DNA of 64,000 nt from IMG/VR virus record IMGVR_UViG_3300043446_004500, positions 64,001 through 128,000 of that record. One strand, 5' to 3'. Shown here in pieces: positions 16,863 to 26,771 of the stretch. Both the position numbers and the translations under genes were made by a program. The notes under the pieces are model-generated. The model worked only from the letters and a program-made list of their open reading frames with translations, was not told the DNA's origin and ran no database searches. Numbering within the stretch: the stretch's first letter is position 1; every line of letters starts with the position of its first letter. This DNA comes from a virus.

Positions 16863-18184
16863 AAGGTATAGTTATATTCGGGGCAACTGGAGATCTCTGT
16901 AAAAAGAAATTAATTTCGGCACTTTATACTCTTCATAAGAAAAGTCTTTTGCCAAAAGGACTAAAGATCATCGGTGCCTCCAGAACCCAACACACAAAAG
17001 AAAGTTGGGTTGGAATTCTTGATAGTTATTCTCAAGAGTTTATTAAGAGACTTGAATATGTTTCTTGTGATTTAAGTGATGCTGAATCTCTTAAATCGTT
17101 GCCTGATTATGAGGATATGACATACTTCTTGTCAGTTCCTCCAGAACGATATGCCGATGCTGTTACAAACCTCAAAGAAGCAGGTAAGTTAGATGACGCA
17201 GAAAAATCAAGAGTTATTATTGAGAAACCTTTTGGCACCGATCTTCAATCTGCTAATTATTTACAATCTGTGGTGGCTGGATATCTACGGGAAAAACAAG
17301 TATATCGCATTGACCATTATCTCGGTAAAGATACTGTTAATAACATTCTTGCCACTCGTTTTAGCAATATACTTTTGGAACCACTATGGAATAGAAGTTT
17401 CATAGAAGAAATCCAGATTTTTGCTACGGAAACAATTGGTTGTGAAGGACGAGCACAGTATTATGATACTGCTGGTGCTGTGAGAGATATGCTCCAGAAC
17501 CATATGCTTCAGGTTCTGGCACTGATTGCTATGGAACCACCTTGTAGAAATGACGCAAGGGAAATCCGTAGAGAGAAGGTTAAGGTTCTTGCTGCAACCA
17601 GATTAGGTGATAATGTAGTTCTTGGACAATATGATGGTTACAAGAATGAAGACGGAGTAAAGTATGACTCGCAAACACCAACCTTTGTTGCTGGTGAGTT
17701 GTATATTGATAACTGGAGATGGAAAGGAGTTCCTTTTTACTTCATGACTGGTAAGAAAATGCCAGTTGGATGTGTGGAAGTTGTGATTAAATTTAAAGCA
17801 CCTCCACAGCAATTGTTTGAAGGGCATGAATGTAATGATAGAATAGTCATGAGATTACAACCAGATCCACATTTGGATATGCGTATTGATATTAAATCTC
17901 CAGGACTAAATGATAATGTAGAACCAGCACTTCTTCAGTATCATTATCCTGTGGAGAAAGCGATTGATGGTTATGTGAAACTTTTTTATGATGCTCTTAA
18001 CGAAGATCAATCACACTTTGTTCACGCAGATGAAGTGTTGGAGTCGTGGAGAATTGTTGATGATCTCTTATGTACTGGAGATTATTGCCCGATTAATACA
18101 AGACCTTATTCTTATAATGAAAGCACTTGGGGTCCAGAAGAAAAAACAATTACGAAGTGGGACTATCCACTCAAATTAAAGTAG
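16859..18184 (+). CDS. zwf: glucose-6-phosphate dehydrogenase
   Basis: GATGDL, EKPFG, RIDHYLGK, RDMLQNH, NWRWKGVPF. Confidence 0.95.
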   Translation: MKGIVIFGATGDLCKKKLISALYTLHKKSLLPKGLKIIGASRTQHTKESWVGILDSYSQEFIKRLEYVSCDLSDAESLKSLPDYEDMTYFLSVPPERYADAVTNLKEAGKLDDAEKSRVIIEKPFGTDLQSANYLQSVVAGYLREKQVYRIDHYLGKDTVNNILATRFSNILLEPLWNRSFIEEIQIFATETIGCEGRAQYYDTAGAVRDMLQNHMLQVLALIAMEPPCRNDAREIRREKVKVLAATRLGDNVVLGQYDGYKNEDGVKYDSQTPTFVAGELYIDNWRWKGVPFYFMTGKKMPVGCVEVVIKFKAPPQQLFEGHECNDRIVMRLQPDPHLDMRIDIKSPGLNDNVEPALLQYHYPVEKAIDGYVKLFYDALNEDQSHFVHADEVLESWRIVDDLLCTGDYCPINTRPYSYNESTWGPEEKTITKWDYPLKLK

Positions 18185-18194
18185 GAGAAAGAAG

Positions 18195-19217
18195 ATGAGA
18201 GTAGGAATGATTGGACTGGGAAGAATGGGAGAAGGAATGTCCCGTCGTATGATGAAAGCGGGAATTGAAGTGTGGGGTTACAGGAGGAACTATGAGAAGG
18301 CAAAAGAAGCATATGAAAACGGATATGTTAATGGTGTTACAACTACTATACAAAGCCTTGTTCAAGTAGTTAAGCAAAAAGACCAACCAGGAATTTTCCA
18401 GATGGTAGTTCCAGCAGAAACTGTAGAGGAGACGATTAATGAGTTACTACGATTTTGTGGTGAAGGAGATATTATTATTGATCATGGCAATAGCAATTTT
18501 AAGGACAGTAGGAAGAGAGCAGAAAGGTTGGCAAAACTTGGCATCCAATATATTGATTGCGGCACTTCTGGGGGTGTTTATGGTTTGGATCGTGGATACT
18601 GTCTTATGGTTGGCGGTGGAGATACTGCAGTCGCCACTTGTAAAAGCATTTTTAATGCCCTTGCCCCAGGAGTCGATGCTGCCCCGAGGACTGAGTTTGA
18701 CTCACCTATAACATCTGCTGAGTATGGTTGGTTGCATTGTGGTGGTCCTGGTGCTGGACATTTTGTGAAGATGGTTCACAATGGCATTGAGTACGGTATT
18801 ATGCAAGCATATGCCGAAGGATTTAATATCATCAAGAACGCAAACGCAGGTGTCAAATATGTTAGAGAAGGAGACGCAGAGGTGGCCCCTATGGCAGACC
18901 CAGAATCCTACTGCTATGATATTGACGTTGCTGAGGTTGCTGAGTTATGGCGTCGTGGTAGTGTTGTTGGTTCTTGGTTACTTGACCTTACTGCTGATGT
19001 GTTGCGCCGCAGCCCACAGCTTTCTAACTTCTCTGGAGGGGTATCCGACAGTGGTGAAGGTAGGTGGACGGTTAATGCTGCTGTGGATCTGGGGGTTCCC
19101 GCTCCTGTCATCACAACTGCTCTTTATGAAAGATTTAATAGTCGCAATCTGGGTACTTTCGCAGCCAAGATTCTAAATGGTATGAGATATATGTTTGGAG
19201 GACACCACGTTAGATGA
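18195..19217 (+). CDS. gnd: 6-phosphogluconate dehydrogenase (short type)
   Basis: GLGRMG, IDHGNS, SGGVYG, GAGHFVKMVHNGIEY, DSGEGRW, MR..FGGH. Confidence 0.95.
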   Translation: MRVGMIGLGRMGEGMSRRMMKAGIEVWGYRRNYEKAKEAYENGYVNGVTTTIQSLVQVVKQKDQPGIFQMVVPAETVEETINELLRFCGEGDIIIDHGNSNFKDSRKRAERLAKLGIQYIDCGTSGGVYGLDRGYCLMVGGGDTAVATCKSIFNALAPGVDAAPRTEFDSPITSAEYGWLHCGGPGAGHFVKMVHNGIEYGIMQAYAEGFNIIKNANAGVKYVREGDAEVAPMADPESYCYDIDVAEVAELWRRGSVVGSWLLDLTADVLRRSPQLSNFSGGVSDSGEGRWTVNAAVDLGVPAPVITTALYERFNSRNLGTFAAKILNGMRYMFGGHHVR

Positions 19218-19325
19218 TTAGTTCAACAACTCCTTATAAAGTTGCTGAGATTATTCGGGATACTTGGCCTGGACTTTACAGACCACCAAAGAAGACCTAT
19301 AATAAGTCCAATACTCCAAAAAAGA

Positions 19326-19601
19326 ATGAATGAATACTATTCAGTAATTAACCTCAATACTGGTGAAAAAGTCTGCGAATGTGCTACATTAGAAGATGCT
19401 CAAATGGTAGTTGGATTAAATCCAGCAAATAGAGCATACCGAAGGGATAGATTTCTTTTAGATCAAGTGATTGATGTAACATCAACAACCGATAAACAAC
19501 TCCCAGGTCAATTGGGATTACCTGAAGGTAAATATCCTCTACCTCCACTTCAACAAGAAATATGTCTTCCTGAAAGTGAAGCAAAACCAATTAATATATA
19601 A
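19326..19601 (+). CDS. hypothetical protein
   Basis: ATG 19326 (MNEYYSV) in the ORF-track frame. Confidence 0.6.
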   Translation: MNEYYSVINLNTGEKVCECATLEDAQMVVGLNPANRAYRRDRFLLDQVIDVTSTTDKQLPGQLGLPEGKYPLPPLQQEICLPESEAKPINI

Positions 19602-19621
19602 TATTAAGTTTTATAAAGCAT

Positions 19622-19861
19622 ATGAAATTTACAGTTTATTCTAAGAACGGTTGTCCTTATTGCGAAAAAATTAAACAAGTGTTAGAGTTGGCAAATCTTG
19701 AACATGTTGTTTATACTCTTGATGAAGATTTCACAAGGGATCAGTTTTATGCTGAATTTAGTGAAGGGTCAACCTTTCCTCAAGTTATTTTAAATGATCA
19801 AGAACATCTTGGTGGATGCACTGATACAGTCCTATATCTAAAGGAGAATAGTTTAGTTTAA
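19622..19861 (+). CDS. nrdC: glutaredoxin
   Basis: CPYC, TFPQV, LGGCTD. Confidence 0.9.
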   Translation: MKFTVYSKNGCPYCEKIKQVLELANLEHVVYTLDEDFTRDQFYAEFSEGSTFPQVILNDQEHLGGCTDTVLYLKENSLV

Positions 19862-20220
19862 TGGAATCAACAGTTCACGAAATTTATTTTGATGTAGAAA
19901 AAGCAATTGACTATGCATTTAATGGGCAATTTGTGTTAAAGTTTTATGATTACCTAAAAGTTCGTGGAACAAAAAAAATGGAAGTTGAAGAATTTATTGA
20001 AAGTAAGACAGCATTCAATATTAGTGAACTTGTGATGGATCTTGATCAATATCTAGAAGGTGGTTCTGATATTAATCATAAACAACTTCGTGAGGCATAC
20101 GGGCATATTCCAAAACCTCAAGCAAGAAAAATAAAGAATTACCTTTATGGCATTCTTGAAGATGCATGGAGATATAGTAATGATAGAAGACCAGGAAGGA
20201 GAAAAAAGCAAACTAAATAA
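19861..20220 (+). CDS. conserved cyanophage hypothetical protein
   Basis: ORF track, coupled start. Confidence 0.7.
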   Translation: MESTVHEIYFDVEKAIDYAFNGQFVLKFYDYLKVRGTKKMEVEEFIESKTAFNISELVMDLDQYLEGGSDINHKQLREAYGHIPKPQARKIKNYLYGILEDAWRYSNDRRPGRRKKQTK

Positions 20221-20386
20221 CAATGAACTCCAAATTAATCGGGGTGTTGAATTACTACTACGCAATAGGAGAAGAAAGGAATCAAAACCAAAAACTTTTC
20301 AAGTGAAGTTTGGTAAGATGATTTCTCTCTTCCAAAGAGAGTTTCATTTTTTTATAGAATTTAACTTTGATGTAAAGAAGAAATAA
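20147..20386 (+). CDS. hypothetical protein (start uncertain)
   Basis: INRGVELLLR basic protein. Confidence 0.5.
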   Translation: MAFLKMHGDIVMIEDQEGEKSKLNNNELQINRGVELLLRNRRRKESKPKTFQVKFGKMISLFQREFHFFIEFNFDVKKK

Positions 20387-20405
20387 ACTCTCTGGAGAAA
20401 AAAAA

Positions 20406-20630
20406 ATGGAAACAGCATACGTCATAACATTCACAGTAATGTTCACTTTGCTCTTTTTTATGGTTGGTAGTATAATTGGGTGGTTAGTGTATAGGCATCT
20501 TTTAGAGTCTAGACCTCCATATCTGCATCCAGAGTTTTTTGATGAAAATGGTCAGGTGATTCCTGATGAAATTGTATCTGTAAGATTTGAAAACGATTAT
20601 GACTACGACGACGAAGACGAAGAGGACTGA
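20406..20630 (+). CDS. membrane-anchored hypothetical protein
   Basis: N-terminal TM, HPEFFDENG, acidic tail; GGAG RBS. Confidence 0.7.
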   Translation: METAYVITFTVMFTLLFFMVGSIIGWLVYRHLLESRPPYLHPEFFDENGQVIPDEIVSVRFENDYDYDDEDEED

Positions 20631-21165
20631 AAAACCATTAGAAACTCTTCCAACAAATCCTTTTGTATTTGAAATTCTAGAACTTGCTTCTAAACAAAGA
20701 AGTAATGCAAAGAAAGTAGAAGTTCTAAAAACATATGAACACGATTCTCTTAAGACTGTTTTTATTTGGAATTTTGATGATTCTGTGATTTCTCTTCTTC
20801 CTGAAGGAGAAGTTCCTTATGGGAATGCTGATCAGCAATCCGTATATTCCGGAACTTTATCGGAGAATCTTAAAAAAGAAGCATACGGTGGAGAATCTGC
20901 CACAGGACAAGATCTAGATGGTCGTGGTAGAACTTCATTACGCAGAGAGTATCAAAATCTCTACCACTATGTAAAAGGTGGAAACAATACTCTTACTACA
21001 ATTCGTAGAGAGATGATGTTTATTAATCTCCTACAAGGACTTCATCCAAAAGAAGCAGAAGTAATAATTCTTACTAAGGATAAAAAACTTACTGATAAAT
21101 ACAAAATAAGTTTTGATAATGTAAAAGAGGCTTATCCTGATATTCAATGGGGTGGTCGTTCATGA
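20599..21165 (+). CDS. conserved T4-like/cyanophage protein (DUF6433-like)
   Basis: SLLPEGEVPY, RREMMFINLLQGLHPKEAE. Confidence 0.65.
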   Translation: MTTTTKTKRTEKPLETLPTNPFVFEILELASKQRSNAKKVEVLKTYEHDSLKTVFIWNFDDSVISLLPEGEVPYGNADQQSVYSGTLSENLKKEAYGGESATGQDLDGRGRTSLRREYQNLYHYVKGGNNTLTTIRREMMFINLLQGLHPKEAEVIILTKDKKLTDKYKISFDNVKEAYPDIQWGGRS

Positions 21166-21497
21166 GTGTAGCAGTAAGCACGGAGAAAGATATGGCAGAT
21201 TATGGAAACGAAGAAAGAGAAGTTCTGCCCTCTAAATATGGTTGTGAAGTTCTTCTAGAAAAAACAACACTGGCAAAAGCAAAAGATTCTTCATTTCCAA
21301 ATGATGCTTATCTAATTTGGTATGAACTAAAAGGAAAAGAACATATGGACTTAGTTCGTGGAACAAGAGTTCGTATTTTTGATATGTACTATGACAAATA
21401 TGGTCCTGGTGCTATTAAAAAAATTGATTTTGGTTATGGTCGTGTGAGCCCCAAATTGTGGGGTTATAAACAACCTGAAAAGAAGAAAAGAAAATGA
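21162..21497 (+). CDS. conserved cyanophage hypothetical protein
   Basis: IFDMYYDKYG, GYGRVSPKLWG. Confidence 0.65.
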   Translation: MSVAVSTEKDMADYGNEEREVLPSKYGCEVLLEKTTLAKAKDSSFPNDAYLIWYELKGKEHMDLVRGTRVRIFDMYYDKYGPGAIKKIDFGYGRVSPKLWGYKQPEKKKRK

Positions 21498-21706
21498 GTG
21501 CTGGATTTGGGGGAGATCCTAATCAGGGAAGAACTGGTAAGGACTTAAGTATCAATATTGATCTAGATAATGTTGACTTTATTTTAAGGCAATATAAAAA
21601 GATTAAAAAATATCAAAAATCATCTCTGTATGCTATCAAAACAATGGACGGCACAGAAGAGATTGTGAGTTCATTGATTAAAGAGGCGGAGGATAATCCA
21701 CTATAA
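21494..21706 (+). CDS. hypothetical protein
   Basis: ATGA-coupled ORF. Confidence 0.6.
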   Translation: MSAGFGGDPNQGRTGKDLSINIDLDNVDFILRQYKKIKKYQKSSLYAIKTMDGTEEIVSSLIKEAEDNPL

Positions 21707-22033
21707 ATGGGAAAGCATTATCTACTTAACTTGTATGGATGCTCGTTTGTTCTTTTGGACGACGAGCGTTGTCTTATAGACCTATTAGAAAACGCAGCAG
21801 CAGCAAGTGGTGCTACTGTGGTTCAGACAATTTCAAAAAAGTTTGAACCACAGGGAGTCACTGTAATTTGTTTGTTGTCGGAAAGTCATATTAGCATTCA
21901 TACATGGCCAGAAGAAGGTAAAGCAGCAGTAGATGTTTATACTTGTGGAGACTGCAACCCAAAGATTGGATGTGATATAATCATTCAACAATTATATGCA
22001 ACTAATCATACTCTGAGTTATATTGAAAGATAA
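21707..22033 (+). CDS. speD: S-adenosylmethionine decarboxylase proenzyme
   Basis: KFEPQGVT, LSESHISIHTWPE (ES cleavage site), DVYTCG. Confidence 0.93.
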   Translation: MGKHYLLNLYGCSFVLLDDERCLIDLLENAAAASGATVVQTISKKFEPQGVTVICLLSESHISIHTWPEEGKAAVDVYTCGDCNPKIGCDIIIQQLYATNHTLSYIER

Positions 22034-22075
22034 ATTTTGTATTGAATTATACAAAATAAATCTTATACATATTTT

Positions 22076-22122
22076 ACGTTCATCACATTATGTGACGGAA
22101 GTACCATTTAGGGAAGGAACGC
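22076..22122 (+). ncRNA. glutamine-I (glnA-type) riboswitch
   Basis: CGTTC/GAACG P1, TCACA/TGTGA P2, CGGAAGTA...GAAG E-loop signature. Confidence 0.8.
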
Positions 22123-22151
22123 ACCAATACCAAAAGTAAAGGAGCAAACCA

Positions 22152-22238
22152 ATGGCACTTATTCTGATTAAACAGAAACTTCTCAAAGAGCAACGTCTTC
22201 GTGAAGCACAACTTTATATGGCATCACGACTTGCCTGA
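22152..22238 (+). CDS. 28-aa peptide downstream of glutamine riboswitch
   Basis: MALILIKQKLLKEQRLREAQLYMASRLA*; AAGGAG RBS; terminator follows. Confidence 0.7.
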   Translation: MALILIKQKLLKEQRLREAQLYMASRLA

Positions 22239-22243
22239 TATCA

Positions 22244-22280
22244 GAGGGGACTTGACTCCCCTCTTTTTTTTGTCTATAAT
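22244..22280 (+). terminator. terminator with embedded sigma70 promoter
   Basis: GAGGGG.A-cttgac-TCCCCTC-T run; TTGACT...TATAAT. Confidence 0.7.
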
Positions 22281-22303
22281 TGATTGCGTGAGAGTTCTAT
22301 CAA

Positions 22304-22468
22304 ATGAACAAAGAAAAATTAAAATTAATCGTAAGAAATCTTGAACTGCTTGTTCAATCACTAAAAGAAGAACTTGATTTGGAAGATAGACCACAATATA
22401 ATTACGAAGAAATTACATCTAATTTAACTGATTACGACGAAGTATTTTATGACGAAGACGATGAATGA
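22304..22468 (+). CDS. 54-aa acidic hypothetical protein (not in ORF track)
   Basis: MNKEKLKLIVRNLELLVQSLKEEL...DYDEVFYDEDDE*. Confidence 0.65.
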   Translation: MNKEKLKLIVRNLELLVQSLKEELDLEDRPQYNYEEITSNLTDYDEVFYDEDDE

Positions 22469-23183
22469 ATTCTTAACAGAGTTTGAGTTTATGAAACCCG
22501 AAGTAAAACTAGTATCAGTAACACCAGATGCAGAAAAGCATATGGCATATTGTGCTCGGGTTTCAAATCCATCAAATCAAACAAACCAAAAGTTTGCAGG
22601 ACTTCTCAAATACTGCATTGAACACCAACATTGGAGTATCTTTGAACAGGCAATCATGACAGTAGAAATCAATACTACAAGAGGTATTGCTGCTCAAATT
22701 CTACGTCATAGGTCATTTACTTTTCAGGAGTTTTCCCAAAGGTATGCTGATACCAATCTTCTAAATCAAACTATTCCTCTTCCTGAACTTCGTCGTCAAG
22801 ACACAAAGAACCGACAGAACTCAATTGATGATCTTCCAGACTATTTGAAACTTACTCTACTAGAAGACATTCGTGTTCTGTTTGAGCAGTCGCAGAGAGT
22901 CTACAACCGTCTTCTGGACAAAGGAGTAGCAAAGGAGTGTGCAAGGTTTGTACTACCCTTAGCAACCCCTACAAGACTCTACATGACAGGTTCTGTGAGG
23001 TCTTGGATTCATTACATCAATCTTCGTGCTGGACATGGAACACAGAAAGAACATATGGATATTGCTGAGGCAATTCGTTGTATTTTTACTTGTCAATTCC
23101 CAGCAGTTTCTTCTGCTCTTGATTGGACTCGTGATAACTGTGTCGATTGTGAAAGTATTCAACCATCAGTTCGTATAGACTAA
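22461..23183 (+). CDS. thyX: FAD-dependent thymidylate synthase
   Basis: HWSIFE, RHRSFTFQEFSQRY, KECARFVLP; start could be 22461 or 22491. Confidence 0.93.
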   Translation: MNEFLTEFEFMKPEVKLVSVTPDAEKHMAYCARVSNPSNQTNQKFAGLLKYCIEHQHWSIFEQAIMTVEINTTRGIAAQILRHRSFTFQEFSQRYADTNLLNQTIPLPELRRQDTKNRQNSIDDLPDYLKLTLLEDIRVLFEQSQRVYNRLLDKGVAKECARFVLPLATPTRLYMTGSVRSWIHYINLRAGHGTQKEHMDIAEAIRCIFTCQFPAVSSALDWTRDNCVDCESIQPSVRID

Positions 23184-23212
23184 ATATTGACATATAAAAT
23201 GGAGGAATAAAT

Positions 23213-23461
23213 TTGGCGACTTATCCTGTTGTTAATACAAAAACTGGTGAGCAAAAAGAAGTTGTCATCAGTGTTCATGAGTGGGATCAGTGGAAAAAAG
23301 ATAATCCAGACTGGACAAGAGATTGGAGTGATCCTTCAACTTGCCCTGCTTCTGGAGAAGTTGGTGAAGTTTATGATCGTCTTAAAAAATCTCATCCAGG
23401 TTGGAACCAAATCTTACATAAAGCAAGCAAGGTTCCGGGATCAAAAGTTAAACCAGTTTAA
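23213..23461 (+). CDS. conserved cyanophage hypothetical protein
   Basis: GGAGG RBS, TTG start, ATYPVVNTKTGE. Confidence 0.65.
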   Translation: MATYPVVNTKTGEQKEVVISVHEWDQWKKDNPDWTRDWSDPSTCPASGEVGEVYDRLKKSHPGWNQILHKASKVPGSKVKPV

Positions 23462-23505
23462 TCCATGTTATAATATAAATAGTTTATATTATTCCAACCT
23501 GGTTT

Positions 23506-24108
23506 ATGCGTAAAAATTATACAAAACATCCAGAAATAAAAGTTGGGGATAAATTTTATTTTCTTGAAGTTATATCTCCTCCTTTTTTTGAAACATATCC
23601 AAATGGAAAAAAAAGAAAAAAACTTTTATGTAGATGTATTTGTGGAAAAGAAAAAATTTTTAGATATGATAGTTTTGTATGTAAAAATGAATTAGACAGA
23701 GCAAAAAGTTGCGGATGCAAACATGTTTATAGAAACAATCTTAATGCTCAAAAAAGAAGAAAACCTGAGAGTGTTTACAGATACATTTATGAACAATATC
23801 AATCTAGTGCTAAAACTAGAAATATAGATTTTTTATTGACAAAAGATGAATATATTGAAATTGTAAAGAAAAATTGTAATTATTGTGGAGAACCTGCACC
23901 AGTTAAACAACCAAATAGAGGAAAGGAAAAATACGTAGGAGTTCCTGTTACATATAATGGAATTGATAGGATAGATAGTAATAGAGGATACGAAAAAGAA
24001 AATTGTGTATCTTGTTGCACTAAATGTAATTATATGAAAAGTGATATGGATGTATCTTTATTTACTGAACACATTTTAAAAATTGCAAACCATTTACAGA
24101 AATTTTAA
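23506..24108 (+). mobile_element. free-standing HNH homing endonuclease
   Basis: CRCICG, KSCGC, CNYCG, GIDRIDSNRGY..ENCVSCC..CN..K; late promoter TATAAATA upstream. Confidence 0.8.
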
Positions 24109-24863
24109 TGGCAAGAAGAAATCGGAAGGAAGATCAACCAATTGGTGTTGGAATGACTGCTAAGCAGATGAAGAGGAAAAAACCAATCAACTCAGATTTA
24201 ATGAGAGAGATTGAACCTTTAACAGAAAATCAAAAACTATTGTATTCTGCTTACGAAAAGAATCAGAATATCGTAGCATATGGATGTGCTGGTACTGGTA
24301 AAACCTTTATCACTCTCTATAATGCACTTCAAGATGTTTTAGATGAAAGAAGTCCTTACGAAAAAATTTATATTGTAAGATCTCTTGTTGCTACCCGTGA
24401 GATTGGATTCCTTCCTGGAGATCATGAAGATAAATCCTCTCTCTATCAAATTCCGTATAAGAACATGGTTAAGTACATGTTCCAACTTCCTACAGATGCT
24501 GACTTTGAGATGCTCTATGGAAACCTCAAAACTCAAGGAACGATTAGTTTTTGGAGTACTTCTTTTATTAGGGGAACTACTCTGGACAATGCAATCATTA
24601 TCGTAGATGAATTTCAAAACCTAAACTACCATGAGTTAGATTCTATTATTACCCGTGTTGGTGAAAATAGTAAAATTATGTTCTGTGGTGATGCAACTCA
24701 GAGTGATCTGATCCGAACAAATGAAAAGAATGGAATCATTGATTTTATGAAGGTTCTTCGCATCATGCCTTCAATGGATATTATTGAATTTGGTGTTGAT
24801 GATATTGTTCGTTCTGGTCTAGTTAAGGAGTATATTCTTGCAAAAATGCAAATAGGTGTATGA
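24108..24863 (+). CDS. phoH: PhoH-like ATPase
   Basis: GCAGTGKT, IGFLPG, RGTTLD, DEFQN, GD..QSD, DIVRSGLV. Confidence 0.95.
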   Translation: MARRNRKEDQPIGVGMTAKQMKRKKPINSDLMREIEPLTENQKLLYSAYEKNQNIVAYGCAGTGKTFITLYNALQDVLDERSPYEKIYIVRSLVATREIGFLPGDHEDKSSLYQIPYKNMVKYMFQLPTDADFEMLYGNLKTQGTISFWSTSFIRGTTLDNAIIIVDEFQNLNYHELDSIITRVGENSKIMFCGDATQSDLIRTNEKNGIIDFMKVLRIMPSMDIIEFGVDDIVRSGLVKEYILAKMQIGV

Positions 24864-25540
24864 GTTTTATTCATCATAATTTTCTAGGTGATATTGAATT
24901 AGAAAAGAAAGAAACAAACGGCATCCGCCTTTACCATCTTCCTGATGGACAGTGGGTGCCTTCTATTACTTCTGTTACTTCATTTTATAATCGTCAAATC
25001 TTTATTGACTGGCGAAAACGAGTAGGACTTGAAGAAGCAAATCGCATTACCAAAAGAGCAACTGCAAGAGGAACTGATTTCCACCTAATCTGCCAAGATT
25101 ATCTTGAAAACAAAGAACTTGAATGGAATGATTATCAACCTCTGACAAAGATTATGTTTCATTATGCTAAACCTTATCTTGATAAGATAAATAATATTCA
25201 TGCAATTGAAAGAACTTTGTACTCTCAGTATTTTGGACTTGCTGGACGAGTTGACTGTATTGCTGAGTATGAAGGAGAACTTGCAGTTATAGACTTTAAA
25301 ACTTCAGATAAAATCAAGCCAGAAAAATGGATTGAGAATTATTTTGTTCAAGAGATGTTTTATGCATCTGCTTATTATGAGATGACTGGAAAACCAATTA
25401 AAAAACTGATTACATTAATGGTGACTCCTGGTGGAGAAGTTAAAGTATTTGACAAAAGAAACAAAGGGGATTATATTAAACTATTAGTTCGGTATATTAA
25501 AGAATTTGTACATCACAATATTAGGGAAAATGGAGAATGA
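24860..25540 (+). CDS. PD-(D/E)XK exonuclease
   Basis: PSITSV, RGT.FH, AGRVDC, IDFKTS. Confidence 0.85.
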   Translation: MSFIHHNFLGDIELEKKETNGIRLYHLPDGQWVPSITSVTSFYNRQIFIDWRKRVGLEEANRITKRATARGTDFHLICQDYLENKELEWNDYQPLTKIMFHYAKPYLDKINNIHAIERTLYSQYFGLAGRVDCIAEYEGELAVIDFKTSDKIKPEKWIENYFVQEMFYASAYYEMTGKPIKKLITLMVTPGGEVKVFDKRNKGDYIKLLVRYIKEFVHHNIRENGE

Positions 25541-25787
25541 ATTAGAGAAAGCATTAGAAAATAAATTTTATTGCCCATCTAAATTCGCACAAGAAATTGA
25601 AAATCTTGTGAGGTATAACAATGACATGAATTATATTGATGCTATTGTTTATTTTTGTGAGCAGAATAATCTAGATTTAGAATCTGTTCCAAAACTAATT
25701 TCAAAGCCACTTAAAGAAAAAATTCGTTATGAAGCAATGGAACTTAATTTTCTGAAAAAGACCTCCCGAGCAAAATTAATCTTTTAA
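25530..25787 (+). CDS. gp33: late transcription coactivator gp33
   Basis: YIDAIV.FCE, KLISKPLKEK...EAM.LNFLK; synteny. Confidence 0.85.
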   Translation: MENELEKALENKFYCPSKFAQEIENLVRYNNDMNYIDAIVYFCEQNNLDLESVPKLISKPLKEKIRYEAMELNFLKKTSRAKLIF

Positions 25788-26383
25788 TGGTCCCTTTTGA
25801 TTGCTATAAAACATATCTTGCATTAAAAAATCATTTCACAAAAGATAGTTACGACTATCATAAGTATTGTAAAAAAACTAGAGCAACTGTTCAATCTTTT
25901 TATAAGAGGAAAGATAGGTTTTTCTTTGAAAAAATGTCCAGACAAAGAAATGAAAAGGAAGTAGAAGATTTCTTTGTAGCAAATTTTGTTTCTTGTAATG
26001 ATCCAGAATCTTTATGGATTGGTGAAATAATTAAAGAAGGAGAAGGTAGGTATAGGAATTGGCAGAAAAAACTGCAGTCCTTATCCTACCTTTTTAAAGA
26101 AGAATCTCAGTCTCTCTTTGAAGAGAATAAGTTTGATGATGTTTTTAATTGTTCTAAAGGTCATCCCCCTCTTCTAAAAAAATTCCTTATTGGGAAAATT
26201 AGTCTAGAAACATTGGTAATTTATGATAAAATATTCCTATTTGGGAATAAGTTTGATAAGAAACTTCAAGATCCAGTGTGGGAAACCGTAAGTCGTAGAA
26301 TTAAAAAATATAGTCCGTTTCTAAATATTGATGTATTTCTTTATCGTAAAATTTTAAAAGAATTGATCCTGGGGGAAAAATGA
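25787..26383 (+). CDS. gp59: helicase loader gp59
   Basis: YLALKNHF...YDYHKY, FYKRKDRFFFEK, ISLETL. Confidence 0.88.
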   Translation: MVPFDCYKTYLALKNHFTKDSYDYHKYCKKTRATVQSFYKRKDRFFFEKMSRQRNEKEVEDFFVANFVSCNDPESLWIGEIIKEGEGRYRNWQKKLQSLSYLFKEESQSLFEENKFDDVFNCSKGHPPLLKKFLIGKISLETLVIYDKIFLFGNKFDKKLQDPVWETVSRRIKKYSPFLNIDVFLYRKILKELILGEK

Positions 26384-26724
26384 GTTTTTTTGAATCTGAA
26401 GTTGTTCGTGCTGAAATGGTAGAAATATCAGAACTTCAAGAAGAAATATATTCTAATGTATTTGAATTTCCTAGTATGTCAAAAGAGGAAAAAATTGAAC
26501 ATGTCAACATATTAGAAAAACTTCTTGACAAACAAAAAGTTTTGTATACACGTTTGAGTTTATCTGATGATCCAGAAGCCCAGGAAATGAAAGAAAGAGT
26601 TATTGAATCTGCTCAATTGATGGGACTTCCTCCCAATGTTGACATGAATGTTATTTTTAACAACATGTCAAAAATGCTTGAGGTCATGAAAGAGCAGATT
26701 GACAAAACGGGTTCCGACCTGTAA
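26380..26724 (+). CDS. DUF1825-like cyanophage protein
   Basis: MSFFESEVV, YTRLSLSDDPEA. Confidence 0.7.
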   Translation: MSFFESEVVRAEMVEISELQEEIYSNVFEFPSMSKEEKIEHVNILEKLLDKQKVLYTRLSLSDDPEAQEMKERVIESAQLMGLPPNVDMNVIFNNMSKMLEVMKEQIDKTGSDL

Positions 26725-26727
26725 AAT
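26699..26727 (+). promoter_or_regulatory. sigma70-type promoter for gp32
   Basis: TTGACA-17 bp-TAAAAT. Confidence 0.7.
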
Positions 26728-26771
26728 AAAGAGGTACACAAAGGCCAAATCCAATTTAATCCGAGGTACAC

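Noticed and set aside
20200-20220. A_AAA_AAG near the end of ORF 19861-20220
   Set aside because: The -1 frame hits TAA after two codons and the next gene is in the +1 frame, so there is no productive fusion.
24860-25540. Cas4-like nuclease as part of a CRISPR system
   Set aside because: It is the standard T4-like cyanophage exonuclease in its usual phoH-gp33 context; there is no array.
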